From Bispira polyomma (Eukaryota), in assembly GCA_965649765.1 (NCBI GenBank), contig OZ287750.1, positions 69,130,001-69,194,000 on the forward strand: a stretch of 64,000 bases of DNA, in the 5' to 3' direction. A program made the position numbers and the translations under genes. The notes below the pieces were generated by a model. The model was not told the origin of the DNA and did no database searches. It saw nothing but the letters and a program-made list of their open reading frames with translations. Each line of letters begins with the position of its first letter. The first letter of the stretch is position 1. This document shows, one piece after another, positions 12,117 through 24,638 of this stretch.

Positions 12117-13059
12117 TTTACTAATATCCCCCCCCCCCCCCCACTTAAAAAAAATTACAATATTCAATATGTGTTTATGCAAAACAGGCTGCATAATTTC
12201 CTTTCAAGTGAAGCTTAAAAGTGGCAAGACTTGGCCAGAAATAGGTGTAGATACATTGTGTAATATCATACGTCACTGTGTTGTATACGAAGGTACATGG
12301 AGGCTTTGTTTACACATGCCTTGCGTACGGCAACAGATTTCTATTTTGTGATGTTACAATACAAAGTGTTGTATAAGGCTGGAAACTCACCTACCGTTTG
12401 TGTCAGGGTTATCCATTATAATGGTGTTTGCAATTTAGAAAACTTAGGCTGGAAACGCACCTAGCGTTTGCGTTTGCAACTGTGCCAGGGATTATAGTTG
12501 GGTTTGCGATTTCAGAAAACTAGCATGTGCCTTGATTACTAGCATTTTGTGGTTGCATTCGCATTGCGTTATTGATATTTTATTGACTTAAAATCACAAT
12601 GTACTTCTCCATAATTGTAACGCTATGTGAGTTTTAACCATATATTTTATTTGGGATCCTTTATTTTGCTTCACAGATTAGCGCATCGCAATGCTAGGTG
12701 AGTTTGGGGCCTAACATGCAAGATGATATTTGTGTTTTGTGCTTGCGTTGGCATCTGCGTTATTGGTTTTTCGGGAATTACCCCACATTAGTTAACTTGT
12801 CTTCGCATAAACTGTATGCCTTGAAACATGTGTTGAATTGTGAAAAAAAAAAACATGTGGGTTTTCTTTGTGATCTTTTTTTCACCTCACAGTGTAGTGT
12901 TGTGGGCCTAACATTATGTACGTTTAAGTTTTATAGCGCGCAAAGCTTTGTACGCCTACACAAATGCATTTATAGTGAGTTTAAAGATTTGTATAAAGTT
13001 ACAAATATGTAGAAGCATGTTACATAGCTTGTAATCTCTCTAAGAATGTTAATAGCTGA

Positions 13060-13170
13060 GGTCCTCTGTGGTGTAGTGGTAACAAAGTCGCCTCTCACCC
13101 ACATCCTGGGTGTGAATCTCACCCCTGACATGCATTTGAGAAAGTTGGCAATATACTTGCTGAAGATGTG
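13060..13170 (+). mobile_element. truncated SINE of the same family
   Basis: GTGGTGTAGTGGTAAC...GGGTGTGAATCTC...GAAAGTTGGCA, as at 11936. Confidence 0.65.
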
Positions 13171-13209
13171 TTAGGATGCTGTTAATGGATTCTTATCTCT
13201 GCTTTGTAG

Positions 13210-13953
13210 TTTTCGTCTGTGGTAGATGTCTTTATAGAAAGAAGAAAATTACCTAAGCTGCTCCGATACATAATTGCAATACCAGTACTTACGGTACTAT
13301 GCACTGTCTTTCACTTGCGTACTGTCATATTTCCTAACATACTCACATATTTTGGATACAAGAAGGATGTGCTGGTCACGTGTGATTGGGAATGCTACAA
13401 ATACCAGTTAAGGAATCTTATACACGACATGCAGTACCGACTGGCATTCGTTGGAGAACCTGCTCCGAATACAGAATTGCTGGATTTCAAAACCAATAGA
13501 AAGGTATCGTTACTGGATTATCACTGCAGCTCTAGACCTCTTATTGTTCTCTTTGGGAGTTGCACATGAGATCCGTTTCTAGCTAAGCTGGACACTATTA
13601 GGCAAATGGTGAACAAGTTTAGTTCTGTAATAGACTTTGTAGTTGTATATATAGAAGAAGCCCATCCAGATGATAGATGGAAAAAGAAAAAGCAAAAGTA
13701 CAACATATACACTCACAGACAATTACAAGACAGATTAAAGGCAGCAGAACAAATGAATAGTGAACTACATGATGTGTCAGTTCCCTTACTGGTTGATACC
13801 ATGTCCAACCAAACTGCCTTTGCGTATGGGGCAATGCCTGATAGGATTGTCATGATTGAACATGGGGTGGTCACATACATTTCTGTTAAAGGGCCTTATG
13901 GCTTTGGGAAAGGTCTGGTTGAAATAGAAATCAAACTGCAACAAATGGAATAA
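13210..13953 (+). CDS. DIO: iodothyronine deiodinase-like selenoprotein, gene 1, main coding exon (Sec TGA 13567-13569)
   Basis: ORFs 13219-13569 and 13606-13953 are one frame joined through TGA: G.PAPN..RPLIVLFGSCT-U-DPF..DFVVVYIEEAHP.D.W..H..LQDRLKAA..LVDTMSN..AYGAMPDRI..GPYG. N-terminal hydrophobic anchor, splice acceptor TTTGTAG at 13203-09, downstream SECIS. Not assignable to DIO1/2/3. Confidence 0.95.
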
Positions 13954-14732
13954 GCTTTTTTAATTCGGTGATATCAGGTGAGAAATGGTGATATGAGTGT
14001 TAATCCATTATATGTAAAATTTCTCCTCTCTTAACTTAGTTCTTCTTTTCATATGGGCAATATAACATGGAACATCATCTGGCTACTTATAAAATAATCT
14101 ATCGCCTATTCTAGGATATTTTGTGATAAAAAACCCAGACAAGAAAAATTTTAATTTTTATCAACTGAGAGGAGTGCCATCATTTTATTTTTGTACAACT
14201 ATATTGAACTAACATTAGCCAAATTATCTAAACAGTTTCTAAACATTTTGTGACACTCAAGAGTAGTTTCGATGCAGCATACAGCATCTGACATGCCGTA
14301 AGCGACTATAATAACTTCACTAAAAAAATTTAACAATTGTTTTGTTGTATGCCAGGTACAATATATATGCACTTACTTCATGCAGAAACCTCTAATTGTG
14401 ACAACTTAGAGTAGTCATATACATGGATGCTGCATACCGCATGTATGCAAACTGCCCTTTATTCTTCTATAACTTAAGTCACATCACAGCACAATCGTTC
14501 ACAATCGTTAGGTTTCCATGTAATACAAATAATGCATGTATGTAACTGTACTAGAGCACTATATCTCCTTTATATAAGCTCCTATATGTAAGCTGACAAA
14601 GTGTGGATACATCTGTTTTATTATAAGTCATCAATACACATAAACTCCCAATGCTTATATTTTGTATGGTTTTACAATCATTGAGTAGGTTAGTGTAGAC
14701 TAGTGTTCAATTCTATATTTGTGTGATGTTCA

Positions 14733-14816
14733 TGTTTGTAAATTTTGCAATTAATGATGTGTCCTTCTAAAATTTGTCCGGAAGGATCCTGATAAACATT
14801 GCATTATTTACAAACA
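14733..14816 (+). promoter_or_regulatory. SECIS element 1 of deiodinase gene 1
   Basis: TGCAAT/ATTGCA helix I, ATGAT(14754)/TGAT(14790) kink core, GTGTCCTTCT/GGAAGGATCC helix II, apical AAAA. Outer stem TGTTTGTAAAT/ATTTACAAACA. Confidence 0.9.
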
Positions 14817-15111
14817 CAAACTGTTTCACAACATTTTTTGTGATTGTGAACAACGCTTGATTTAACAATCCAGCCTTTTATTCTTTAGTCACGTAACAGC
14901 TTATAAAAAGTGTTAAATCGTCAGGTGTGTGTAGCTGTACTGTATAATTTTATATTATTTATCCCCATATGTAAGCTCAGAAAGATACTTTTATGTTATT
15001 ATAAGTCATAAATACACATAATCATCTAATATGCTTTTTTATGTACGGATTTACAATCACTGAGTAGGTTAGTGTAGACTAGTGTTCAGTTCTATGTTTT
15101 TGTGTTGTTCA

Positions 15112-15195
15112 TGTTTGGAAATTTTGCAATTAATGATGTGTCCTTCTAAAATATGCCCAGAAGGATCCTGATAAACATTGCATTATTTACAAACA
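15112..15195 (+). promoter_or_regulatory. SECIS element 2 of deiodinase gene 1
   Basis: ATGA at 15133, same helices, apical AAAATATGCCC. An AATAAA poly(A) signal follows at 15294. Confidence 0.88.
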
Positions 15196-15534
15196 TAAAC
15201 TGTTTGACAATTTTATTTGTGATTTAAAATAACACTTGCTTTAATAATCTTGTGTGACATTTGTATTAGTGTACATGTCTGATCTCTTGCATGAATAAAT
15301 AAATATTGAATTCTTTCTGTACACTTATTGCCTTTATCGCCAACGATGTCATGGACATATTTCTGCAGTTTGAGAGTTGGCTTAAGTGGTGCTCCACAGT
15401 AGCATTCTTTACAGCCACTGGATTCTTTCTGTACCCTCATACACAATCTACATTTTGGGGAGCCTGGTCTGGCTATTTGACTTTAGATTTGGTTCAAAGT
15501 GTAACCCTTCACTATCCATACTATCCTTGTCATC

Positions 15535-15685
15535 TCCAGTGGCATAATGGTTAGAGAGTTGGTCTGGTTATCATAAGGTACCGGTTCAACTGAGGCAAGA
15601 TGTGGATATGCCTACTGTTGCTATGTGGTAAGGCTATCAGGATAAACTTATGGGCACATTACCAATCAACCTCTTTAAAACTAAA
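15535..15685 (+). mobile_element. decayed tRNA-derived SINE
   Basis: AGTGGCATAATGGTTAG A-box and CCGGTTCAAC B-box-like motif. Confidence 0.5.
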
Positions 15686-16699
15686 ATGTATGTCATATAT
15701 TTTAGGAAGAAAATACAAAGCAAATAAAAGCAGGTATGCAACTGACCCTTGAATATAGCACTTTAATATAAAGCTTTATATACTTACAAATCTACAAGTT
15801 TGTTTATGCGTTACCCTGGTAATGACCTGGTCTTAATTACATGGTCGAACTGGGGTATCCGCGGTGCTAGATGGATCGATGTGGTACACATTTTTAATTA
15901 TGTGGCCAGCCTGTCTTTGGAATTCCTTCTGACGTCACTTTTTGATGTCACACACAACTTGACAGGTACACTTCACATTTTGGCACATACTGTCACTAAC
16001 ACGCCACGGGCACATCACTAAAACAATAAGCATACACATTATGCCCACCAATCACCACCTTATGCCACATTTACACATCTATACGTCACATATATGACAC
16101 TAATCTCCACTTGTACAGACAAATGACCACATGAATAGACACATCTTGTATTTTCACTTTTCCTTACTTTTGCCAGACTTATACAGATATAAAGAAACAA
16201 AATTACACATTCTGTCACACGCTGCAGCACTTACGACACACACTGTCACACGCTTAGGACACTACAAGAGACAAACTCGCTACTTTCTGACAAATTTAAA
16301 AATGTTCTTGTACTGTGCTGTCACGTGCTCTCACTAATACTCACATTTTCTGGCTTTCACTCACTTTTACAGACCTACTCACTTTGAACCAATATGTGTA
16401 ACTATGGTCACTAATGATCACTAACTATTACCAATGAGATATACATTTAGAGATATATATAGGGATCTTCCACATGGGTCTTCACATGCCAATTATTTCA
16501 CTTAGTACTCACAGCTAGCAACAACTCATATCAATAGAGTAGAAATAAACTTACATTCTTAAATTAATATAATTTCTGCCAGATCAATTAAATAAGATGG
16601 ATCCTAATTACAGGAATGTGCTATTTGTCATATTGGGATATCATGCCTCACTGGTCGACTTACTTGGAATTGGACATGCATCTGTTGATGCTGCAACAG

Positions 16700-17360
16700 A
16701 GTCCTAGTAAAAGTAGAACGATGTTCTCGGTTTAGCCCTAGCAACTTAAACACCCCACCCACAGTCAATATGGCCATGTCAAAAACAAGTTAGAAAGGGA
16801 AAACCTCAATTAATTCAAAAACTATATCAGGGTTGACCCACTGCTATTTAGAGATCTACTCAACAGAGGTGGCCCTGCAATAAACAAAAATAAGACATTT
16901 GCTAGAGAAACCTTCATTGAATACTGCAGTCTGTCCATCACAATCAGACATCTAGCTGATGGTGACAGCCACAGGTCTCTATTTTATGGCATTATACACA
17001 ACAACATCACAGCATTGTTAAGGAAGTACTGCAGCCCACCATTGATGGATACATACATGAGGCCATTGATCTACCCACCACCCCCAAGGAATGGTAATCT
17101 GTGGCTAAGGTATATTCCATCTGATGAAACTTCCACCACATCTTGGGTGCCCAGCAAGAGTGTGAGGATCAAGTGCACTTCCAGTGGTGGTTGTCTCTAT
17201 TTTAACTACAAGGGTTTTCATTTATATTGTGATGCTGGCACTAGTGGATGCAGACAATAAGTTTATCTGGATGGTTGTCCGCAATAAAGGTGTCTGCTCA
17301 GATACACAGATTTTCAATAACCATCTCCAAAAAGGTATAACCAATGACAACACTATCCGC
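16700..17360 (+). mobile_element. PIF/Harbinger transposase remnant
   Basis: FKNYIRVDPLLFRDLL..TIRHLADGDSHRSLFYG, VRIKCTSSGGCLYFNYKGFH, IVMLALVDADNKFIW..GVCSDTQIFN, spread across frameshifts. Confidence 0.8.
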
Positions 17361-18488
17361 TCTCCTCGACCTGTGTGCAGCGGTTATTTGCCTTCATTGG
17401 CGGATATTTTAGATACAAATACACCTATCATCACCAAGGGACACCAGAAAATCTTTGTCTTGATATTCATGTTTTGTTCACCTTATAAAGATGACATTTA
17501 TCTACCTGTTTAAATGATGAATATTGCATTTTGTTGTAACCTTATACTTCGACACACCTGCGTAAGCACTGTCTTGTGGTAACACTTTGGGCGATAGCCA
17601 AGGACAGATATGGTATGAATGCAGAATGTTCGTGTTGAAAAACAGACTAAGTTTATACTGGTTCTTCAAGGCCTGTCGTATTTGTGTCGGGGCGATAATT
17701 TAACAAAATGCTGAGTATTGTGTTTACTTCTTCATAAATATGCTATTTGTTTATTAGGTACAGAATGCATCAAGATTAAAGGACACACTCGTGACACTTC
17801 TTTATTATTAGCAGAAGTTTTATTAATATTATAACTAATTTATGGGACATATGATAACATTTGACACCTCATGTCAATAACATAACTAGTCTCTGAATGA
17901 CTACTGGTTAGATTTCCTGTTAATTTTGTTAGTTGACCTTTTTTGACATTATACACCATTAATTTCCCGAAATGGAATGCATAAAGCTACTGCTTATGAA
18001 AAAAAAACTTGGTTTACTTTCATTTACCTCCGATTTCACAATGTGCAGGTTTAAATCGCAACAGACATACATGTAAACATTGTGTTCTCCCATCTATAAA
18101 GTTTCTTTCTCACTATGTCGTTAAAATTTCCATATATATTCAAATTTACTTAACTAATTCGAGAGGAACATTTCTGCATCTCAAACAAAGATGGTAAAAA
18201 GAGAGTTGTCCTTTAAATAGTTATAGTTAGTTTGTCTTTGATGCCGCTTTCAAAACGTTTTGTGATTAATCACAAGGGACAACTCATGGGTTGATGAAAC
18301 AGAACATTGTGGATAGTAAAGGTTTACTGCTCTGCAAACCTAGGACCATGCCAGGACTAAGATACAAACTCAAAGTTATATAGGTAGAAGATATCGGTCG
18401 TAAAGGCCTATAATAGTAATTATATGTGTAATCTAGTGATAATTACTTTTGCAGTTAGTTATTGTTTGTATTATTTCTCTATCTGTAG

Positions 18489-19198
18489 CTTCCCGCTGTA
18501 ATAGACACCTTGTGGAAAAACGTAGACTGCCTAAACTAACTTCTACTTTATATAATATCTATACCAACACTGACACTTATTTGGTTTGTGTTATTTCAGA
18601 AGACTGTTGTAGTACCTCAAGTGGTAGTATAGTTTAAATACAACAGCCGTATTCCTTTTGGGTGTGACTAACCATACTACAAATTCCAATTCAGTGGCCT
18701 TATCAACGACCTAGGTTACTGGTTGGCCTTTGTCGAAGAAGTCGCCCCTAATGTAGGACTGCTAAATTTCAGAACATGCAACAATGTATCATTGGTGAAT
18801 TACAACTGCAGCTCCAGAACTCTCATAGCTTTATTTGAGAGCTGTACCTGAGATTCCTTTCTGAACAAACTTGGCACAATTCAGCAAATGGTGCAGCAGT
18901 TTGGTCCTACCACAGACTTTGTAATTATATATTTAGAGGAGGCTCATCCTCTATATAGTATAAAAAACACCAACACAGGCAATTTAATGACAGAGTAAAA
19001 GCAGCAGGGCTGCAAGATGATTCTGTTCCATTATTAGTTGATTATATGTCAAACGAGGCCAGTTTAGTGTATGGGGCTGTACCAAAGAGAATTGTGATTG
19101 TCAAACAGGGTGTTGTTAAATCCATCTCTTGTAAAGTGCTTTACGACTTTGAGAATGGTTAAATTGAAGTTCAGCATCAGCTTAAACCAATGGAATAA
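18489..19198 (+). pseudogene. DIO: deiodinase-like pseudogene (gene 2)
   Basis: Acceptor TCTGTAG at 18482-88; LPAVIDT..EKRRLPKL; LAFVEEVAPNV; LFESCT-TGA(18849-51)-DSFLNKL; DFVIIYLEEAHP; LLVDYMSNEASLVYGAVPKRIV. Contains frameshifts, deletions and a premature TAA at 19160. No SECIS seen downstream. Confidence 0.9.
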
Positions 19199-19329
19199 AT
19201 TTCTTCCTGATTTGCTGTCAGGTTTGACAGGCGTAAAATTTTATTAGCCAACTAGCAAAAAACTATTTTACTGAGACAGGGTGTAATAAAATATTATAAT
19301 GCCACCAAAAAGAAATAAAGGAGGATTGA

Positions 19330-20525
19330 GACAGTGGAGGAGGAGCAGTACAGGGGGTTCCATCTGGGAGAGACACTTCTGGAAGAAAGCGTGCCAGAGA
19401 CACTGCTGTCACAGAAGGGTTTTCTGACTCAGGATAAGACCCACAATGAGTCCCAGGATGAGACACAGGAGCGACAGGGGCCAGTGAAGTGGCTAATATC
19501 ATCAGGAGGCAGAAGTAGGGGAAAATGAGTACAGTTTTACTGACAGATGACCAGGAGGAGGCTGTGGTGGATTTCCTTGAGGATCATGAGTAGCTGTACA
19601 GCAAGAGGCACACACTGTATAAGGACACGCAGAAGAAGGACATCCTTTGGCAAGATTTGTGCTGCACAAGGGGATGGGACGCAGATGAGGTTAAGAATTG
19701 GTTCCAGTGTACCATCTATGGCAAACTAAGTCATCACAAGTCTGGCCAAGCTTCTCCTGATATGACCGACCGCCAGAAGTGGGCATTTGATTTTCTGAGG
19801 CTGCATATCATCCGTTATGTCAACAAGACTACTGGGTTCAAGCCAATACAATCAGCATCTGCAGGAGCAGCACCAGTGGCTTCACCAACACCACCAGCTG
19901 GATCGCAATCAGGGAGATGTGGAGATGGAGTTTTCAATAAACAGTCTTCCACATATGGGGCGCTGACCACTACTCCAGAAGCTGAACTTTCCACTGAGCT
20001 GAGAGACAGAATGGGTCGGATGGAGGACAGCCTTACAGGCTTTTTGAAGGAGGCCACCAAGACCAAGACCGAGGGACCCAGAGGTGCTTTCCTGAACTGG
20101 CTGACTCTTGAAGGGGAGAAACTTTCCGACCAGTACTTCATGCAATTCAGAAGAAAAGCATTTAACCTAGTCAGCAATATCTGAGAGAGGGCTTCTACTT
20201 TTTACCAATCCCTTCCACACTTCAAACCGCAACCGTTTTAACAGCCTATTACTTTGTATTAGATGGCGCCATATTCCTACATCCCACAGCAACAACTGCA
20301 GCAAGGACACAATGTCTACCACCAGCCACTGATACAGCACTCACAAGTCAAGCCGCCACACCAGTCATATCACAGATCCTAGCTGGAAGTTCAATGGCCC
20401 GCTCCAGTGGTGTTCAGTACTAACAGGCACCCACACCCACATCACAGTCTGACATCCTCAATACATCATCAGTATCATCACTGGTGAGAGGTTTTGAAAT
20501 GGTTACGGGGGACATTAGCTCCACA
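19330..20525 (+). mobile_element. PIF/Harbinger MADF/Myb-like ORF remnant
   Basis: QEEAVVDFLEDHE*LYSKRHTLYKDTQKKDILWQ..NWFQ..YGKL..KSGQ..TDRQKW..FL; C-terminal F..WL..E..KL..F..FRR.AFNLV. Contains stops. Confidence 0.75.
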
Positions 20526-22793
20526 TAAAAGAAAAAGAGTTCTACTCAAAAGAGTTCTACTCAAAGGGGTTTCACAAGTTTAAGAGCTAACAATTTATTT
20601 TCATTTATATGTGTAAGGGGGCAAGTAGTTTTTGTTTCTGTGTGTACGTGAGTTAAGTAATTATTATTATTTTTTTTTTATTTTTTTTTTTTTTTGAGGG
20701 GGGGGGGGGGGGGGGGCAGTTTGCTTCTTGTCATGGGGGCTTTCTCTTTAATTGTTCTGGGTAACGAACAACAAAAGCTCATATATTGTTTCTGAAAGTT
20801 TCGGATGGCTCTGAAAAGGGTCTTTTTTGGTTGGTCCTCACAAGGTTCATACTCTCTCATTCATCCAAGCTACTGCCTCCTGCTAGAATTCCTATTGACA
20901 AGTGGGCTATTATCTCCTGCAAGTGCTTCCTGTGGGATAGATGGGTCGTCTTCTGGATTTTGGTGCTGTATTTCCTGGTTTATAGTAGCGGTTCATAGGA
21001 CCCAATGACACAGGCCACGTAGATATCCTTTACATTCATAAGTGAGTGTGCTACCCACTAGGCCACAGTGATAGATAAAATGATGCCTGTATATTAAGAA
21101 ATGTTATTTATTGCCACAAAATCAATTACAATTACTAAGAGCTAGATTTTCTAGTATCAGGTCAAATGAATGGTAATTAATTGTTCCATTGGAAGCTATG
21201 ACTTTCTGAATAGATAAACGAACCTCCACTATTGATCAAAACAAATTGAGTGCATTCATTGCGGAAAAAAGATTAAATTTTGTAGCAAGGTAGATGAAAC
21301 AAGGTCACTGAATAAAAGGAGAGTTTAAAAAGAAAAATTGTTTTAAATTTGTTTGAATATTTATTTTTACCGTTAAATTTAAGAATGAAGGTATGTAAAT
21401 ATAATAATAATTTATAGCATTTTTATGTATTGGCATAATTTGTAAATAAATAATATGTCAGGCTTCTGTTGGGACTGAAATGTATGTTGTTTATTGTTTA
21501 CTTTTCTTACAATTAATGTTCTTTGTTGTAAAGGTAAAAAATAGCAGAGCAAGTATGTCTGTTATGTTTAAAAAATTCTTATGCAGGTTCTGTCCATTTT
21601 TGTTTTTATTAGTCATCTAGCAAACATTTTATGTTTTCCTTTCAAATATGTATAAACCATTAGTGTATGCCTTTTGTGAGGTGGTTATCAAATTGATCGC
21701 TATACATATAGAGGTATTTCTTCAAGTAAAAAAATCCCCCAACCCCACAGCCACAGAGTCGAGGGGTATTCAAAACGAAACTGTGGCAGACCTTTCGCAT
21801 AAGTGATATACCTCCAGTAACGACCACTAATGAGAAACAAAGACATAACGAGCAAACACAACCTGCTATTGAGGAGAAACGTTCCAATACTAATCAAGAC
21901 ACGTATACCCCTCTGCCTCTTCCCCTCCCCACAAAAACCCTCACGAACGAGCATTTGTCCCGAAAACTTTTGTGACGACGGGACTAATGCTTGAAGATAT
22001 CAACTAAGTGTTCTGAAGCGTTTCTAATGTAAGCATACCCGTAACAAAGTTGAACCGTACAGTCACTGTTCGATACAAAATCGTTTGTGGTGAATTAACT
22101 ACACTATTAAGATCTTATTTAAAGTAAGTTTCCGTTGACTTACTTATGTTTGTTGTTTATGTACAAAAATTATTTCCAAAAACAATTCAGATGGGTATGC
22201 TGTTAAATGCTACAAACTCAAAACATATTTATACAACAGCAATCCACCTGGCGATATGTAAAGTTTCCACCTTTGACTTATTAGAAAAATTCACATTTAA
22301 TAATTCTGCGCATTTTCCATTTCACATGACGTTATGTAAAATAGTTTATACGCTGAAACATAATTATTGGTAAACAAAGAGTAGTTCATACCCAGGTGTA
22401 TTAAATGTACAATACACGAGAACAAGGCTCCTCACTTACTGTTTGTGTCTTTACATCAAGGAATATATTTTGTAATTTTTCCACAGCGATAACATTTGTG
22501 ATAAATACTTTTGTTGTCTAACAATCCTGCTTTTTATAACTCTTTCAGGTAATAAACTCTTGATTATTTTTAGGCACATACAAAAAAATAATATTTTGTA
22601 TTTTACTCTTATGCCACAAAAAGTAGTACCAAATTAAAAGCCCAAAATTTGGATTTTCATTGTCTTTGTAACATTAATTTTACTTACATTTTTAGTATTT
22701 TACGTTATTCCATAATTTTGATGTTTTTGAACCAGTGACTGACAAGTGTATGCTTATAATAACTGTATATATTTATTTTCTTTCTATTTGTAG

Positions 22794-23537
22794 GTGCCTG
22801 ACATAATAGACACCTTTGTAGAAAGGCGACATATTCCAAAGTTGATCCTCTACTTGATTTCTGTTCCAGCACTCACAGCAATTTGTTTGATTTTATATAT
22901 CAAAACTGTTGCAATACCAAAACTTTTGGCTTTGTTTGGTTACCACAAGGAAACATACATCAAGTATGATTGGCTATGTTATAAGTTGCAATTGAAACGC
23001 CTTGTCCGTGACATTCACTACCGTTCAGCTTTCGCTGGGGAAGCTGCGCCTGATGTAGAGTTACTGACGCACAAGGAAAGAAAGAAGACATTTTTGTTGG
23101 ATTATCAACATGATTCCAGACCACTGATTGTTATATTTGGGAGCTGCACATGACAACCATTTATTGACAAACTGGACACCATTCAGAGAATGGTAGACCA
23201 GTTTAGTCTTGTGGCTGATTTTGTAGTTGTGTATATAGAGGAAGCTCATCCAAATGAAGAATGGAAATTTGATCAACAAAAGTACAAAATGCATCAGCAT
23301 ACATGTTTGAATGAAAGATTTAGGGCAGTGGAACTGCTCGATAAGGAAATCCCAGATATTAAAGTTCCTTTATTGGTTGATACAATGCAAAATGAAGCTA
23401 GTTTTTGGTATGGAGCTGTACCTGAGAGGATTGTGATGATTCAACGTGGTGTGGTGGAATACATCTCTAGAAAGGGACCATATGGCTTTGAGGAAGGACT
23501 GGTGGAAACTGAAATTAAACTGAAACAAATAAAATAA
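22794..23537 (+). CDS. DIO: iodothyronine deiodinase-like selenoprotein, gene 3, main coding exon (Sec TGA 23151-23153)
   Basis: One frame through TGA: GEAAPD..RPLIVIFGSCT-U-QPF..DFVVVYIEEAHP.EEW..H..LNERF.A..LVDTMQN..YGAVPERI..GPYG. Acceptor TTTGTAG at 22787-93 is in the same position and phase as gene 1. There is no ATG before Sec, so the start lies in an unidentified upstream exon. Confidence 0.95.
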
Positions 23538-24113
23538 GATTAGATCTACTATTAGCACCAACTTTATTAAGGCTTACACCAATTAAGATTAGATCTATTA
23601 CTAGTTCAGATTTTATTAAGGCTTGCATAAATGGGTATTGCAGTAATTTAATGGGGTTAAAGTATATGGCTTGTAAAATTATGCTGAATATAACATGATT
23701 TTGTAGGGTCAAACATGTATTATCATCCTTTCTGGGGATATTTGACCCAAAGTCTAAAACTGATCAATTAAAGTATGGCGAATAATGATATTACTATTAG
23801 AACTAGTTACTGTGTTTAGTTTGTCAACTTTGTGTTAATTATATTGATATATTTATGAAACCATTGAACTTGTAAAATAGTACATTTAAACATCATATTC
23901 AAGTAAATAGACTTTTTCGCTTTTTGTAGATATTGTTAAGTTTTCCTTATTATTGCTGCTTTTTATTTAGTAGATAAATTATGAGACCATATAAATTCTA
24001 AGTAAAGTTTTGGCATCCACAAGCAACACCCTGATAACACTATACGAGTTTCAGTGGTTTTGTATTTCAAGTAACGTTATGTACTTATGTTATTTGTATG
24101 GCATAGATAGTTC

Positions 24114-24200
24114 ATGTTTGAATCTAATGCATGAATGACGGGTTCACCCCAAAATTCGTCCGGTTGGATCCTGAGAAAATAAGTGCATTATTTACAAACA
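24114..24200 (+). promoter_or_regulatory. SECIS element of deiodinase gene 3
   Basis: TAATGCA/TGCATTA helix I, ATGAC(24135)/TGAG(24172) core, GGGTTCACC/GGTTGGATCC helix II, apical AAAA. Flanks are homologous to the gene-1 SECIS. AATAAA at 24504. Confidence 0.9.
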
Positions 24201-24638
24201 TTTTTTTCTATCCTATGAATATGTTTAACCATTGCATCCAACTCACAAAAATTGAAATAAATGGGGTTTTTTTCGGAGTAATCCGGATAATAATTGTGTT
24301 ATACATTTTTGAGTTATAGCCCATACTACCTGTTCACACCGCCTGTCTATTGTAATCCTCTGTAAAATCTAATATAAACAGTAATATGGACACCATGGTT
24401 GTTACTATCCTATTTGATACTCAATTATATTTTATTATTTATTTTACAGCTTATTAACAAAAAAAAGTTTTGGTTTTACGCCTACAACATTAATGGTTTC
24501 CTTAATAAAAAGATTATTTTGTTAAGATATATAGATTACAATGCAAAATATATACAACGGATATAATTTATGCATTCTTATAAATCATTTACTACGGTTT
24601 GGCATACACAAACTAACTGAACAAAACATCTTATCTTA

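Larger units (their letters stand above)
14580..15250 (+). repeat. ~380-bp tandem duplication in the 3'UTR of deiodinase gene 1
   Basis: TATGTAAGCT, TTATTATAAGTCAT, TGAGTAGGTTAGTGTAGACTAGTGTTCA and the SECIS each occur twice, ~379-384 bp apart. Confidence 0.9.

Noticed and set aside
11936-15685. tRNA genes at 11936, 13060 and 15535 (also 6119 and 58937)
   Set aside because: A/B boxes are present, but there is no complete cloverleaf and they continue into SINE-like cores and tails.
13219-23537. Reading ORFs 13219-13569/13606-13953 and 22794-23153/23190-23537 as four genes or as nonsense pseudogenes
   Set aside because: The TGA sits at the deiodinase Sec position in all three paralogs, the frame continues, and SECIS elements follow.
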